Below are positions 10,845 to 21,526 of a DNA stretch of 64,000 nucleotides, one piece after another. The notes under the pieces were generated by a model that was not told the origin of the DNA, searched no databases, and was given only the letters and a program-made list of their open reading frames with translations. The stretch is from Dendrobates tinctorius (lineage: Eukaryota): assembly GCF_039654945.1 (NCBI RefSeq), contig NW_027361766.1, positions 11,284,001 to 11,348,000 of the forward strand. Reading direction: 5' to 3'. Both the position numbers and the translations under genes were made by a program. The stretch's first letter is position 1, and each line of letters opens with the position of its first letter.

Positions 10845-13800
10845 GAAGGTGAAGAGTTCTTAGAAGGAGCAGAATTATCTCTTCATGTTACAGAAAGAGA
10901 AGAAATTCGAAGTGCTCCTGAAGAAACAGAGGAATGGAAGCATGTGACCCAGAGAGGCAGGAGGATCAGGAGGCAGTCAGCACCCATACTTCTCAGGAAC
11001 CAGTACCAGGCTCTCACGCAGGAAAACGAAGAAATACATCAAGATAAGACTGCCCACAAGCAGCAACCTTGTATGCCCTCAGAGTCCTCCTGGATGGAGA
11101 AAGAAAAAAATGTTATGAAGAAGAAACGAAGAGTGGTGGTCATGGGGGATTCCCTGTTGAGAGGAACAGAGGCGGCTATCTGCTGACCGGATAGAACCTC
11201 AAGAGAAATGTGCTGTCTTCCAGGTGCAAAAATTAAAGATGTGTCTGACAGGATATCAGGACTCTTCAGACCTATAGATGACTACCCATTCCTGCTACTA
11301 CATGTGGGGACAAATGACACCGCAAGAAACGACCTGGAAACCATCAGCAGTGACTCTTAAAGCTTAGGTAAGAAAGTGAAGGAACTGGGAGCGCAGGTGG
11401 TCTTCTATTCCATTCTTCCAATGGATGGCCATGGAACAAGGAGGTGGAATAAGATTCTGCAGGTGAACAACTGGCTACGTCGATGGTGCCGTCAGCAAGG
11501 ATTTGGATTTCTGGATCACGGAGTGAATTACCTATACGATGGACTTCTTGCTAGAGATGGGGTGCACCTTACGAAGACTGGAAAACATGTATTTGGAAGT
11601 CGCCTTGCTACACTCATCAGGAGAGCTTTAAACTAGAACAACGTGGGAAGGGAAGCAAAAGACCAGAAAAAGCCATACACCTGACAAATGCTATTGAGAA
11701 CTCTGCTATTAGAAGTGGAAAGGAAGAACAAAGAATCTAAATAATCAAAATATTGGAGAAAGAGAAACCAATCACAAACTAAAATGTTTCTATACGAATG
11801 CACAAAGCATGGGCAACAAACAAGGAGAATTGGAATTACTAATTCAGGAAAAGAAATCTGTCATTGGAATCACTGAAACTTGGTGGGACAATACACATGA
11901 TTGGAATACAAGGCTAGAAGGATACAACTTATTTGCAAGAAACAGACTTGATAAACGAGGAGGAGGTGTCGCATTGTATGTTAGAAAAGTGCATATCTGC
12001 GCAGAGATTGAAGCTTCAGGGTATGTGCACACGGAGTTTTTTGGCTCTGCGGATTTTGTAGTAAAAACCGCAGATAAATCCGCATGACTAAAGTCCTGCG
12101 GTTTTTCCCCTGTGGTTTTACACCTCATAATGGATGAGGTGTGAAACTGCAACGTTTCTGCACAAAAGAATTGACACGCTGCGGATTGTAAACCACAGCA
12201 AAACCGCACGGAAAAATCGGCAGCATGTGCACAGCGTTTTTCCAGTTTACCATTGAAAACAATGGTACTGTACAACGCCCCTAAATCTGCTGCAGAAACA
12301 CACTGGATCCGCAGCAGAATCCGCACCGTGTGCACATACCCTTAGAGACGGGAGTTCTGTGGAAACTGTTTGGGCAAGAATATTAGGAGAGCACAGCGGA
12401 AAGGACACCATTGTAGGCATCTACTACAGGCCACCTGTGCAAGGTGAAGATATGGATTAAGTCTTTATGCATCAAATGGCCAAGTTCTCCAAAAATATGA
12501 CATAGTTGTCATGGGAGATTTCAGCTATCCAGACCTTTGTTGGGAATCTCTCTCAGGCAAAACTAACAGATCAAGCAAATTCTTATCCTCTCTTGCTGAC
12601 AACTTGATCTTCCAGTGGTAGGGGAGAAAACAAGGGGATCTGCTACCTTGGATCTAATCCTTATAAACGGAGGAAATGGTTGAGGAGGTAAGAGTGGCTG
12701 GGACCCTAGGAGGTAGCGACCATGCCATTTTGGATAACTAGAAGAGGAAGACCTGTGAAGATTCAGACGTCAAGTTTAGATTTCAGAAAGGCAGATTTTT
12801 AAGGGACTCAGATGAAATCAGAGGGATCCAATGGCTGGATATCCTTAAGGACAAAAATGTCCAGGAAGGATAGGAAATCTTGAAAAAGTGGGAAGAATAG
12901 GAAGCATTTAAGGAAACCAGGATGGATGAACACAGAACTTAAATGCATGCTAAAAAGGAAGAAAAATGTTTATTAAATTGAAAGAGGGAGTCTTATCTAA
13001 AGAAGAATATAATGCTGTCTGCAGAAACTGATTACCTAAAGCGGACAATGAATTAAGGCTTGCAAGAGACCTCAAAAGCATTAAAAAAGGATGTGGGGGA
13101 TATGTCAAAAGTAAAAGAAAAGCCAAAGACTCTATAGGATTTTTACAGGATGAAAATAATAAGACAGGATGTTCAGAAGGCCTCACTTTTAAATTCCTAT
13201 TTTGCATCTATTTTCTCTCAGAAAGGAATATATCTATAAACAGAAAGATAGGAATCGCTTAGCTAACACAAATGAATTCAAGTCTCCAGGTCCAGATGAA
13301 TTACACCCCAGAGTACTGAACGAGATAGCAGAAGAAATTTTTGAACCACTCTCCATAATCTTTGAAAATTCTTGGAGAACAAGAGAAGTCCAAGAAGACT
13401 GTAGAAGAGCAAATGTTTATATCTTCAAAAAGGGGAGGAAGGTGAACCCAGGCAACTATAGGCCGGTGAGTCTGACTTCTATACCAGGAAAGATCTTTGA
13501 ACAAATTATTGTACATGTATGTACGTACCTGGATAAGAATGAAGTGATTAAACAGAGTCGGCATGAGTTTGTAACTAATAAGTCGTGTCAGACTAACTTA
13601 ATTTCCTTCTATGACAGAATCTCTGACTGGGTGGATCAGGGAAATGCTGTAGATAATAGTACATCTTGACTTCAGCAAAGCATTTGACAAAGTATCTCAC
13701 GCAATCCTTATTGAAAAAATGAATAAGTATGGAATGGACAAGGAAACTGTAAGATGGATTCATAACTGGCTTAGTGATCGGACCCAAAGATTGGTCGTAA

Positions 13801-14777
13801 ATGGCTGCACATCAGGTTGGAAAAATGTCTCAAATGGGGTACCACAGGGCTCTTTCCTGGGCCCTGTATCGTTCAACATCTTTATCAATGATTTAGATGA
13901 AGGAATTGATGGTAAACTGATAATTTCCTGATGACTCAAAGCTAGGAGGGATCACTAATGCTAGAGAGAGAGGATTCAAAAAGATATAAATAACCGTGAG
14001 CAGCAACTAACGGAATGGTACAGGGGAAAATGCAAAGTACTACATCTGGGCAATAAAAATGAAAAAAAGCATATGCAGAATGGGAGGAATAGGGCTAAGC
14101 AACAGCACATGTGAAAAAAGACTTGGGTATACTAAGATCACAGACTGCACATGAGTCAACAGTGTGATGCAGCAGCAAAAAAGGAAAATGCAATTCTGGG
14201 ATGTATTAACAGAAGCATACAGTCTTGATCACGTGAAGTCATTATTGTCCTATACTCCTCTTTGGTCAGACATCATCTGGAATATTGTGTCCAGTTTTGG
14301 GCACCAAATTTTAAAAAAGACATCAACAAACTGGAGCAAGTTCAGAGAAGAGCGACCAGAATGGTCACTGGTCTGCAAACCATGTCCTATGAGGAATGGT
14401 TGCAGGATTTGGGAATATTTAGCTTGCAAAAAAGAAGACTGAGAGGAGACTTAATAGCTGTCTACAAATATCTCAAGGGCTGTCACATTGTAAAAGGATC
14501 ATCTTTATTCTCATTTGCACAAGGAAAGACTAGAAGCAATGGGATGAAACTGAATGGGAGGAGACACAGATTAGATATTAGAAAATACTTTTTGACAGAG
14601 TGATCAATGAATGAAACAGGCTGCCGCAAGAGATGGTGAGTTCTCCTTCAGTGGAAGTCTTCAGACAGAGGCTGTACAGACATCTGTCTGAGATGGTTTA
14701 GTGAATCCTGGTTTGAGCAGGGGGTTGGACACGATAACCCTGGAGGTCCCTTCCAACTGTAACATATGATTCTATGA
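10845..14777 (+). mobile_element. CR1 LINE, decayed, with ORF1 (SGNH esterase) and ORF2 (APE-RT) remnants
   Basis: GDSLLRGTE, HVGTND, DGVHL (esterase); GITETWW, KSPGPD, NYRPVSLTS, GVPQGS; 3' end ggtcccttccaac...gattctatga; many stops and frameshifts. Confidence 0.92.
12019..12341. mobile_element. Harbinger-like MITE nested in CR1 ORF2
   Basis: TIRs gggtatgtgcacacgg / ccgtgtgcacataccc; flanks tca/tta. Confidence 0.8.
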
Positions 14778-14947
14778 AATACAGTGAAAAAATAATAAGT
14801 TTAAAAAGAATATAAAAGTTCAGTTTCACTGCTCCCACACACTTTTCCAGCATTTTATATATTAAGAAATTAAAACCACACACATTTGGCATCACTGCGT
14901 TCGGAATAGTTAGTTTTATCAAAATATAAAATTAATCTGATCAGTAA

Positions 14948-15257
14948 GGCTGTGTGCACACGGTGCGGTTTGTGCTGCGTTTCCGCAGCGGTTTTGCCCC
15001 TGCGGAAACGCAGCAGTTCCGCTGATCAAGTACAGTACAATGAAACCCTATGGGGTTTCAAAAACGCTGTGCTGACGGTGCGGTTTTTTCCACGGTTTAC
15101 AAACCGCAGCATGTCAATTGTTTGTGCGGTTTCATACCTCTACCATAGTAGAGGTGTGAAACCGCAGGGCAAAACCGCAGGTCACTTTACCTGCGGTTTT
15201 ACCTGTGTTTCCGCGCGGAAAAAAACGCAGCGGAATCCGCAACGTGTGCACATAGCC
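14948..15257. mobile_element. Harbinger-like MITE
   Basis: TIRs ggctgtgtgcacacg / cgtgtgcacatagcc; left flank taa. Confidence 0.75.
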
Positions 15258-15750
15258 TTTAACGGCACAATGACAAAAAATATAAAAATGCCAGAATTGC
15301 GGCTTCGACCGTCACAACAGCACAAAATTTAATAAAAGGTGATCAAAACATTATCTACCCCAAATTGATATCAATAAAAATAATGGTTTGGGGCACAAAA
15401 AACAAGCCCTTGCATAGCTCCATGTCCCAAAAATGAAAACTTTTATGGCTCTCGAAAATGACAATACAATTTTTTTATTTATTTTTTTGTTTACAAATTT
15501 CAGATTTTTTTTAACCTCTTAAAGGGAGAATCGTATTGCCAAGTAATTTTTTACTGTAAAATAAACGCAGTAAATAAAAAAGAAAAAAAAATACAAAACA
15601 AATGGCAGAATTGCTTTCTTTTCTTTTTTATCTGTTATTTCATTACACTTGGATTTTTTCTTCCCACTTTCCAATGCATGATATAATAACATGCATGATG
15701 TCATTCAAAAGTGCAACGCGTACCGCAAAACAAGTCCTCAAATGGCTATC

Positions 15751-18663
15751 CAGGGCTGTGGAGTCGGTAAGCCACAGTTGCGACTCCGACTCCTGGATTT
15801 TATCAGGCTCCGACTCCGCCTCCGACTCCGACTCCTTCATAAATGGCCAATTCATAACAACAAATTTACTGTTGTAAAATATTAAACATCGTGCTTATTC
15901 AGTTTCTCACCATCATATAAGTAATCAGACCACTTAGAGCAAAAACTACATTTATTAGAATACAATTAGAATATAGCAAATAACTTTTATAAACTTTTAT
16001 AAACTGTAAGTAAATATGCAATAAACACTTTTATGCAGTTAATAAGAAGAAATCTATAAATTTGTCCTCAGAAAAAGTATTGCCTCTGTCAGATCCTCCT
16101 TCATGGATGCCCTCAAATCTGATCTAATTATTTTGAGAGCAGAGAACAACCTCTCTACACTAACTTGTGTTGGTGGCAAAGCAGTAACCACTCGGGCAAC
16201 ATCTCTGACAATGTCAGGATACAGAGGAATCGCTTGTTGCACTGTTATTTTTGATGAACGGTCAAATTTCTCAATTTCTTTTAGTGCACATGAAAAATTC
16301 TGCTGAAATGTACTGGCTGTGTTCCTTGATGGGGATGACTCTTCTATGCGGGAACGCTTTGCACGGTCCTTGTGATCCAAATATTTTTCGAAATTAAATT
16401 CTTCATCAGTTGATGATGAGGGTGAAGATGTGGCAGGACGACCAAATTCTTCTTGTTCCTCCTGACTGTTCTGCAACCCTTTCATCCTTACTGCTATTTC
16501 AAACAGAGCTTCTTTTCCTTTACTTAGCTGTTGATCATCTAAAAGAATCCGATGCATTGGGTCTACATAAACAGCTGCCAAAAGAATGTTATTTTGTAAT
16601 AGTAGCTCTTCTCTCCGTTTCATTGATGTAGCAATGCCACTTGCAATTAACCCTCCTCTTTGGGACAGGCGAAACATCAGGTTCTTCCACTCCTTTAAGA
16701 AAATACCTGGAGTTAAGTCCTCTGCTTGTAATTTTTTAGTCACTGTAAATGGGTGCTCTAGCAATTTTTCCAGCTCAGTCACCTGATTCCACTGACTTTC
16801 ATTTAGCGTCAGTTGAGGGTTAGCCATGTCTACAAGAAAGGTTTTCAGTTCAACCAAGCGCTGAATCATTAAGTAAGTACTGCCCCATCTTGTGGCTTGA
16901 TCAATAATTGCCCCTTTTCCAGCACGTCTCTTCAAAATTGAGTCAACTTTAGGGGTTCTGGCAACAGTAGCCAATTTTCTCACCTTGCCAATCAGTGCAG
17001 CAGCATGTCCTTCTTGCAGACTGTCTTATAGCCAGCTGTAGCGTATGCACAACACAGCGCATGTGATGAATGAAAGAACATATTGACACAGTTTCAACAA
17101 GATCATCTAAACTATCATGTTGCTGTTCATCTGAAGCAACTTCAGTTTGCTCCTCAGTTACAATACTGTGTTCCTCTATTTCAAACATTTCTGTGTCTGT
17201 GGACCCAGAATGTTCTTCTAGCTGCTGGTCACCATCATTACTCTCATTCATTAGCTTAATAGTACTTATCATATTTGAAGCATTGTCAGTTACGACAGAA
17301 AGAACTTGCTCTTTTTTTAAGTTCATAGTCTTGCAGAACCTTTTCCACCAAGACCTGGAGAAACTCACTGGTGTGATGAGCTTTGGTGTCTTTTACTGCC
17401 AATGTCTTGGTAACTATTTCATTTTTGTCACAAACAAATCGGACATTGATGGCAAAATAGTTCACTCTGTGACGTGTGCAGGCATCCATTTTAAGAAACA
17501 GAAAGCGTCCCTTGAGAGTTTTTTTAAGTTCTTCCTTTTGTTTAAAAGCTTCTTCGATTACTAATTTTCTAATACTCTCTCTCTCCAGAGAAACGCCAAG
17601 CTTGCGGGCCATTTCCCCATTCAGACACATAAAAGCTGGTTGTGAAAATAATGAAATAGGCACACTATCCTTTACAACAAGCTCTATGATCTGTTTTTTA
17701 AATGTATCTACTGTCATTGTCACAGTAACTTTGTCACTGACAAAATATCTTGCAACTGATGGCTGCAAAGTTCTCTGCTCCTTTGTTTGGCTGGAAGAGC
17801 TGGGCACTGGTTCATTGGTTTGGATGCAGTCTTTCTCATCCACTGCTTTCAGTACTTCTGGATGAAAGCGCTGTAAATGTCTCTTTAGATTAGAAGCTCT
17901 GGTAGGAGAATTTTTATCTTTGCCTGAAAAGGCACGCATCTTGGCTTCACAGCATTTGTTTTCGTCTGGATCATTTGTCATACACTGACAGACATAATGT
18001 TTTCTATTTTGAGTGATGGTGAAATGTTCAAATACAGCTGATTTAATGTGATGCTTCTTTGACATTCTCAGGTTTTTAATTCTGCATTCACAATCCAAAT
18101 GACAATTGTTTTTCCTAAAAACAATTGTACAAAATTATTGCCAGGTCGTACAACTGATATAGTGGTCAGTAATACTGTTATTATTCCTCATGTACTCACA
18201 GTTAACTGATGCAAAGTTTGTTGAAAGGATAATACTTCTTACAGTCTTCCTCTTCTGAGTAGCAGGCAGCTGTGAGATGCTTGGAAGACGCACACCTAGT
18301 ATGATCTAGTCTAGAGGAGGAGCTTTACTACTAAGAATTTGCAACACATTTTCACTTTCAGTTTCATACATTGTAAGTAGGGGGGTTGGGGCAGCATGAG
18401 GTTAACCAAGTATAAGATTAGATAAGGGCAGTGGAGAAAAGTGACACACAAGAAGTAAGAAATGTCTCTATCTCCAGAAGAACTGCTTATCACTGTTGTT
18501 CATAGTTTGATAGAACATATATATTTGAGTAACATTTATAAAATTCATATGAAAGTTCAATTATGAAATATTAATAATACTTTTTTTTAAAGCTGGAGTC
18601 GGTACATTTCTACCTACTCCGACTCCAACCAAAACTAACCCCGACTCCGACTCCACAGCCCTG
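15751..18663 (-). mobile_element. hAT DNA transposon, full length
   Basis: 17-bp TIR cagggctgtggagtcgg; perfect 8-bp TSD tggctatc; GACTCC subterminal repeats. Confidence 0.95.
16054..18098 (-). pseudogene. hAT transposase (BED finger, DDE, dimerisation domain) broken by two frameshifts
   Basis: Three overlapping ORFs: SNLKRHL..FH, LKMDACT, VVTDNASNM, CVVH, TRWGST, TQVSVERLFS. Confidence 0.9.
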
Positions 18664-18814
18664 TGGCTATCTATGGGGAAAAAAAAATAAAACTCAGAAA
18701 ATGGAGTTAAGGGTTAATGAATTATATGCACCTTTTGTTGGCAGATTTTGGCATATCTCTCTCCCTTTTTTTTTTTTTTCCTTCCTGGTTATATACCACA
18801 AACCTATTCCCAGA

Positions 18815-19072
18815 ACTTAATATAGCTTATCACCATTCACGCAAGTCTTTGCCCCAGTTTACAATCTAGCTTGCCCATCTTAAACATACGTAGAAAGGGT
18901 CAGTTTCCTAAAAAGCCAAGTAATGAAACAGTAAAGCTTTGTAGTGTGGGAGGAAACCTCAGAAAACAGGAAAACCACACACACACGCCAGATGCACAAA
19001 CTCCGGCAGTTTCGATCCCAGGACAAGAGTGTCGCAAGGCAACAGTACTAATCACTGAGCCACCACACTGCC
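18815..19072 (-). mobile_element. tRNA-derived SINE (V-SINE-like)
   Basis: Minus strand reads ggcagtgtggtggctcagtgattag (A box) ... gggatcgaaac (B box) ... ggtttcctcccacact (V-domain-like). 3' end approximate. Confidence 0.75.
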
Positions 19073-19079
19073 TGCCCTG

Positions 19080-19080
<1 letters not shown>

Positions 19081-19130
<50 letters not shown>
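19081..19130. repeat. (TG)n microsatellite
   Basis: Directly visible. Confidence 0.98.
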
Positions 19131-19131
<1 letters not shown>

Positions 19132-19339
19132 CGCACTGTGTAATTTATGGTGCTACGTAGGCGAGTTAAACAAATATCACCGGCAATATCCCAAACTATA
19201 ACATGAGAATGTTCCTTCCCCCTGTAGGAAAAGCCTGTATTCAAAGTACAAAAGTTCACTGCAGCACTGTGTGCGGATACACTCACATTTTGTTTCATGG
19301 ATGTTTCTGGCAGGAAAAGTGCTTTCCATCAGGAACATA

Positions 19340-20850
19340 CCGTATTTTTCGAATAATAAGACGCACCCTAAATTTTGAGGAGAAAAATAGGAAAACTTTT
19401 TTTTTTTTTTTTTAATAAAATGGTGGTGCTTCTTATAATCCTTGCCTCTTAGGCTGAGTTCACACGTAGCGTTTTTTTCGCGTTTCCGCGGCGGTTTTAA
19501 CCGCGCGATTTTGCCGCGAAAAATAAGCATCCCATGCATTCCTATGGGATTCCGCAATGCTGTGCTAATGCTGCGGTTTTTACCGCGGCGGAATCACTTT
19601 GCGGTAAAAACCGCAGCATGCTCATTAATTTGCGGAATCGCGGCGATCCCGCACCCATAGGAATGCATTGTTCCGCTTTCTTCCCGCATGTGGCTGTGCA
19701 CACCATGCGGAAAGTAAGCAGAATAATTGCGGATGGTACCCACGGTCCGGAGGAGAGGAGACTGTCCTCCGGGCTTTGGGTACCATATTCCTGTAAAAAA
19801 AAGAATTTAAAAATAAAAAATATTGTTATTCTCACCCTCCGGCGTCCCGCGCAGCCTTCCCGCTTCTCTTCATGCTCTCGTTCCCAGTAGTCCTTTGCGA
19901 AAATGCTCGCGATGACGTCCGTTCTCGCGGGATCGCGAAGTCTCGCGGTCATTCGCGCGACGACATCGCGAATTACCGCGAGACGTCGCGATCCCGCGAG
20001 AACTGACGTCATCGCGGGCATTTTCGCAAAGGACTACTGGGAACGGCTGCGCGGGACGTCGGAAGGTAAGAATAACACTATTTTTTATTTTTTTTTTTTA
20101 CATTCTATCTTTTACTACTGATGCCGCATAGGCAGCCTCAGTAGTAAAAAGTTGGTCACACTGTCAAACACTGTGTTTGACGAGTGTGACCAACCTGTCA
20201 ATCAGTTCTCCAAGCGATGCTACAGATCGCTTGGAGAACGCTAGCATTTTGCAAGCTAATTACGCGTGCAAAATGCTAGTTTTTCCGCGGGAAAATCGCG
20301 GGAATTTAAAATGCGATTTTCCTGCGGACTGGAATTCCGGAATTCTCGCGGTAATTTCCGCGAGAGTTCCGGTACGTGTGCACTTAGCCTTATTGCTTAC
20401 CTGGAGGTGGTGGCTGCGGTGAAGCGGGGTCCCAGAGTCGCTGCTGGAGCAGGCAGGTGTGGGATGATGCTGCAGGCCGCAGGCTGGGATAAGGGAGTGT
20501 TCCGATGGGCGGGTGTCTCCGGTGCTGCAGGGGCTCTGCCGACATTTTGTGACTGGTTGATGCTGCACTGTGCTGCTGCGGGTGCCCAGCGGTGCTATGG
20601 GGGTGTCCGGCGCTGCCGGGGCTCTGGTGACATTTTATGAAAGGCCAGAGCCCCCGCAGTTCCATGGTTTCCTGTGCAGTGGACTCCGGGAGAATGGCCG
20701 CCCGGGGCGGCGCATGCACAGATGGAGATCTCAGCGAAATCTCATCTCTCGATATCTTGGTGCCGAGATCTCCATCTGCGCATGCACCGCCCCCGAAGGT
20801 TATTTTCCCGGAGTCCACGGCACCACAAAGGTTTGCGTCTGGTGCCCCAG
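19340..20850 (-). mobile_element. Tc2/pogo-like non-autonomous element (CCGTATTTTTCG terminus), interrupted by a MITE, one end missing
   Basis: ta+ccgtatttttcgaataataagacgcac; the GC-rich body is the reverse complement of the body of 36986-37836. Confidence 0.7.
19452..20389. mobile_element. Harbinger-like MITE, CpG-rich, with internal palindrome
   Basis: TIRs ggctgagttcacacgta / tacgtgtgcacttagcc; TTA TSD on both sides. Confidence 0.85.
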
Positions 20851-20937
20851 ACTGATGTTGATTGACAGTCATTTTGTATTTCTTCCATTTTCTTACTATT
20901 GCACCAACAATTGTCTCCTCACCCAGCGTCTTACTAA

Positions 20938-21180
20938 GGCTGGTTTCACATTAGCGCTTTTTAAGCGCACGCACGGCCGGGGGTAGCGCCGCCCCCGAGC
21001 CGGCTCTCTGCCCGGCGTGCCCGCCCCTTGCTTGTAGCGCCGCCTCCTAGCGCACAGCGGCGCCTGCGATCGGCGCACCCTATCTTTAGCATAGGGTGCG
21101 CAGATCGTGCGCAGGCCGTGCGCTAGTTGCGCTTTGACCTACGCTGCGCACTTTTGACGGTGCGCCGTGCGCGCCAAAAT
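20938..21180. mobile_element. Truncated Harbinger-like MITE related to 33487-33865
   Basis: taa+ggctggtttcacattagcg terminus; GC-rich body. Confidence 0.55.
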
Positions 21181-21189
21181 CAAACTTTT

Positions 21190-21400
21190 CAAACTTGATT
21201 AGGAGCGTCTAACTGGTCTGTAGGAGCCAGAACTCTTAATGGTTGCTAGGGGATCAAATACTTATTTCTCACTGCAAAATGCAAATAAATTATATAAATT
21301 TATCTCTCAATGTTAAAATTAACCTGCTCTTAAAATTATAGACTGTTCATGTCTTCGTCAGTGGGCAAACTTACAAAATCAGCAAGAGATCAAGTAATTA
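21190..21400 (-). mobile_element. Tc1 terminal fragment
   Basis: gagccagaactctt...gatcaaatacttatttc...gtgggcaaacttacaaaatc resembles 55915-56120. Confidence 0.65.
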
Positions 21401-21526
21401 TTCATCACAGAGCACAGGATAAATGTGCGCTGAGCCTTAATGCAATTTTTGGGAGGCAAAATGAACTAATCAACAGCAGCAGCAACAAATGTTAGAATCC
21501 AAAAAGATTACCTGATATCTCATTCA

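Larger units (their letters stand above)
10555..18717. mobile_element. Degenerate piggyBac-like non-autonomous host element interrupted by a CR1, a MITE and a hAT
   Basis: Ends aacctctt / aagggttaa. Internal pieces resemble 50690-51283 and 45700-46145. Confidence 0.4.

Noticed and set aside
19534-21078. Cluster of 100-160-aa ORFs on both strands
   Set aside because: Artefacts of GC-rich palindromic MITEs; no protein motifs.
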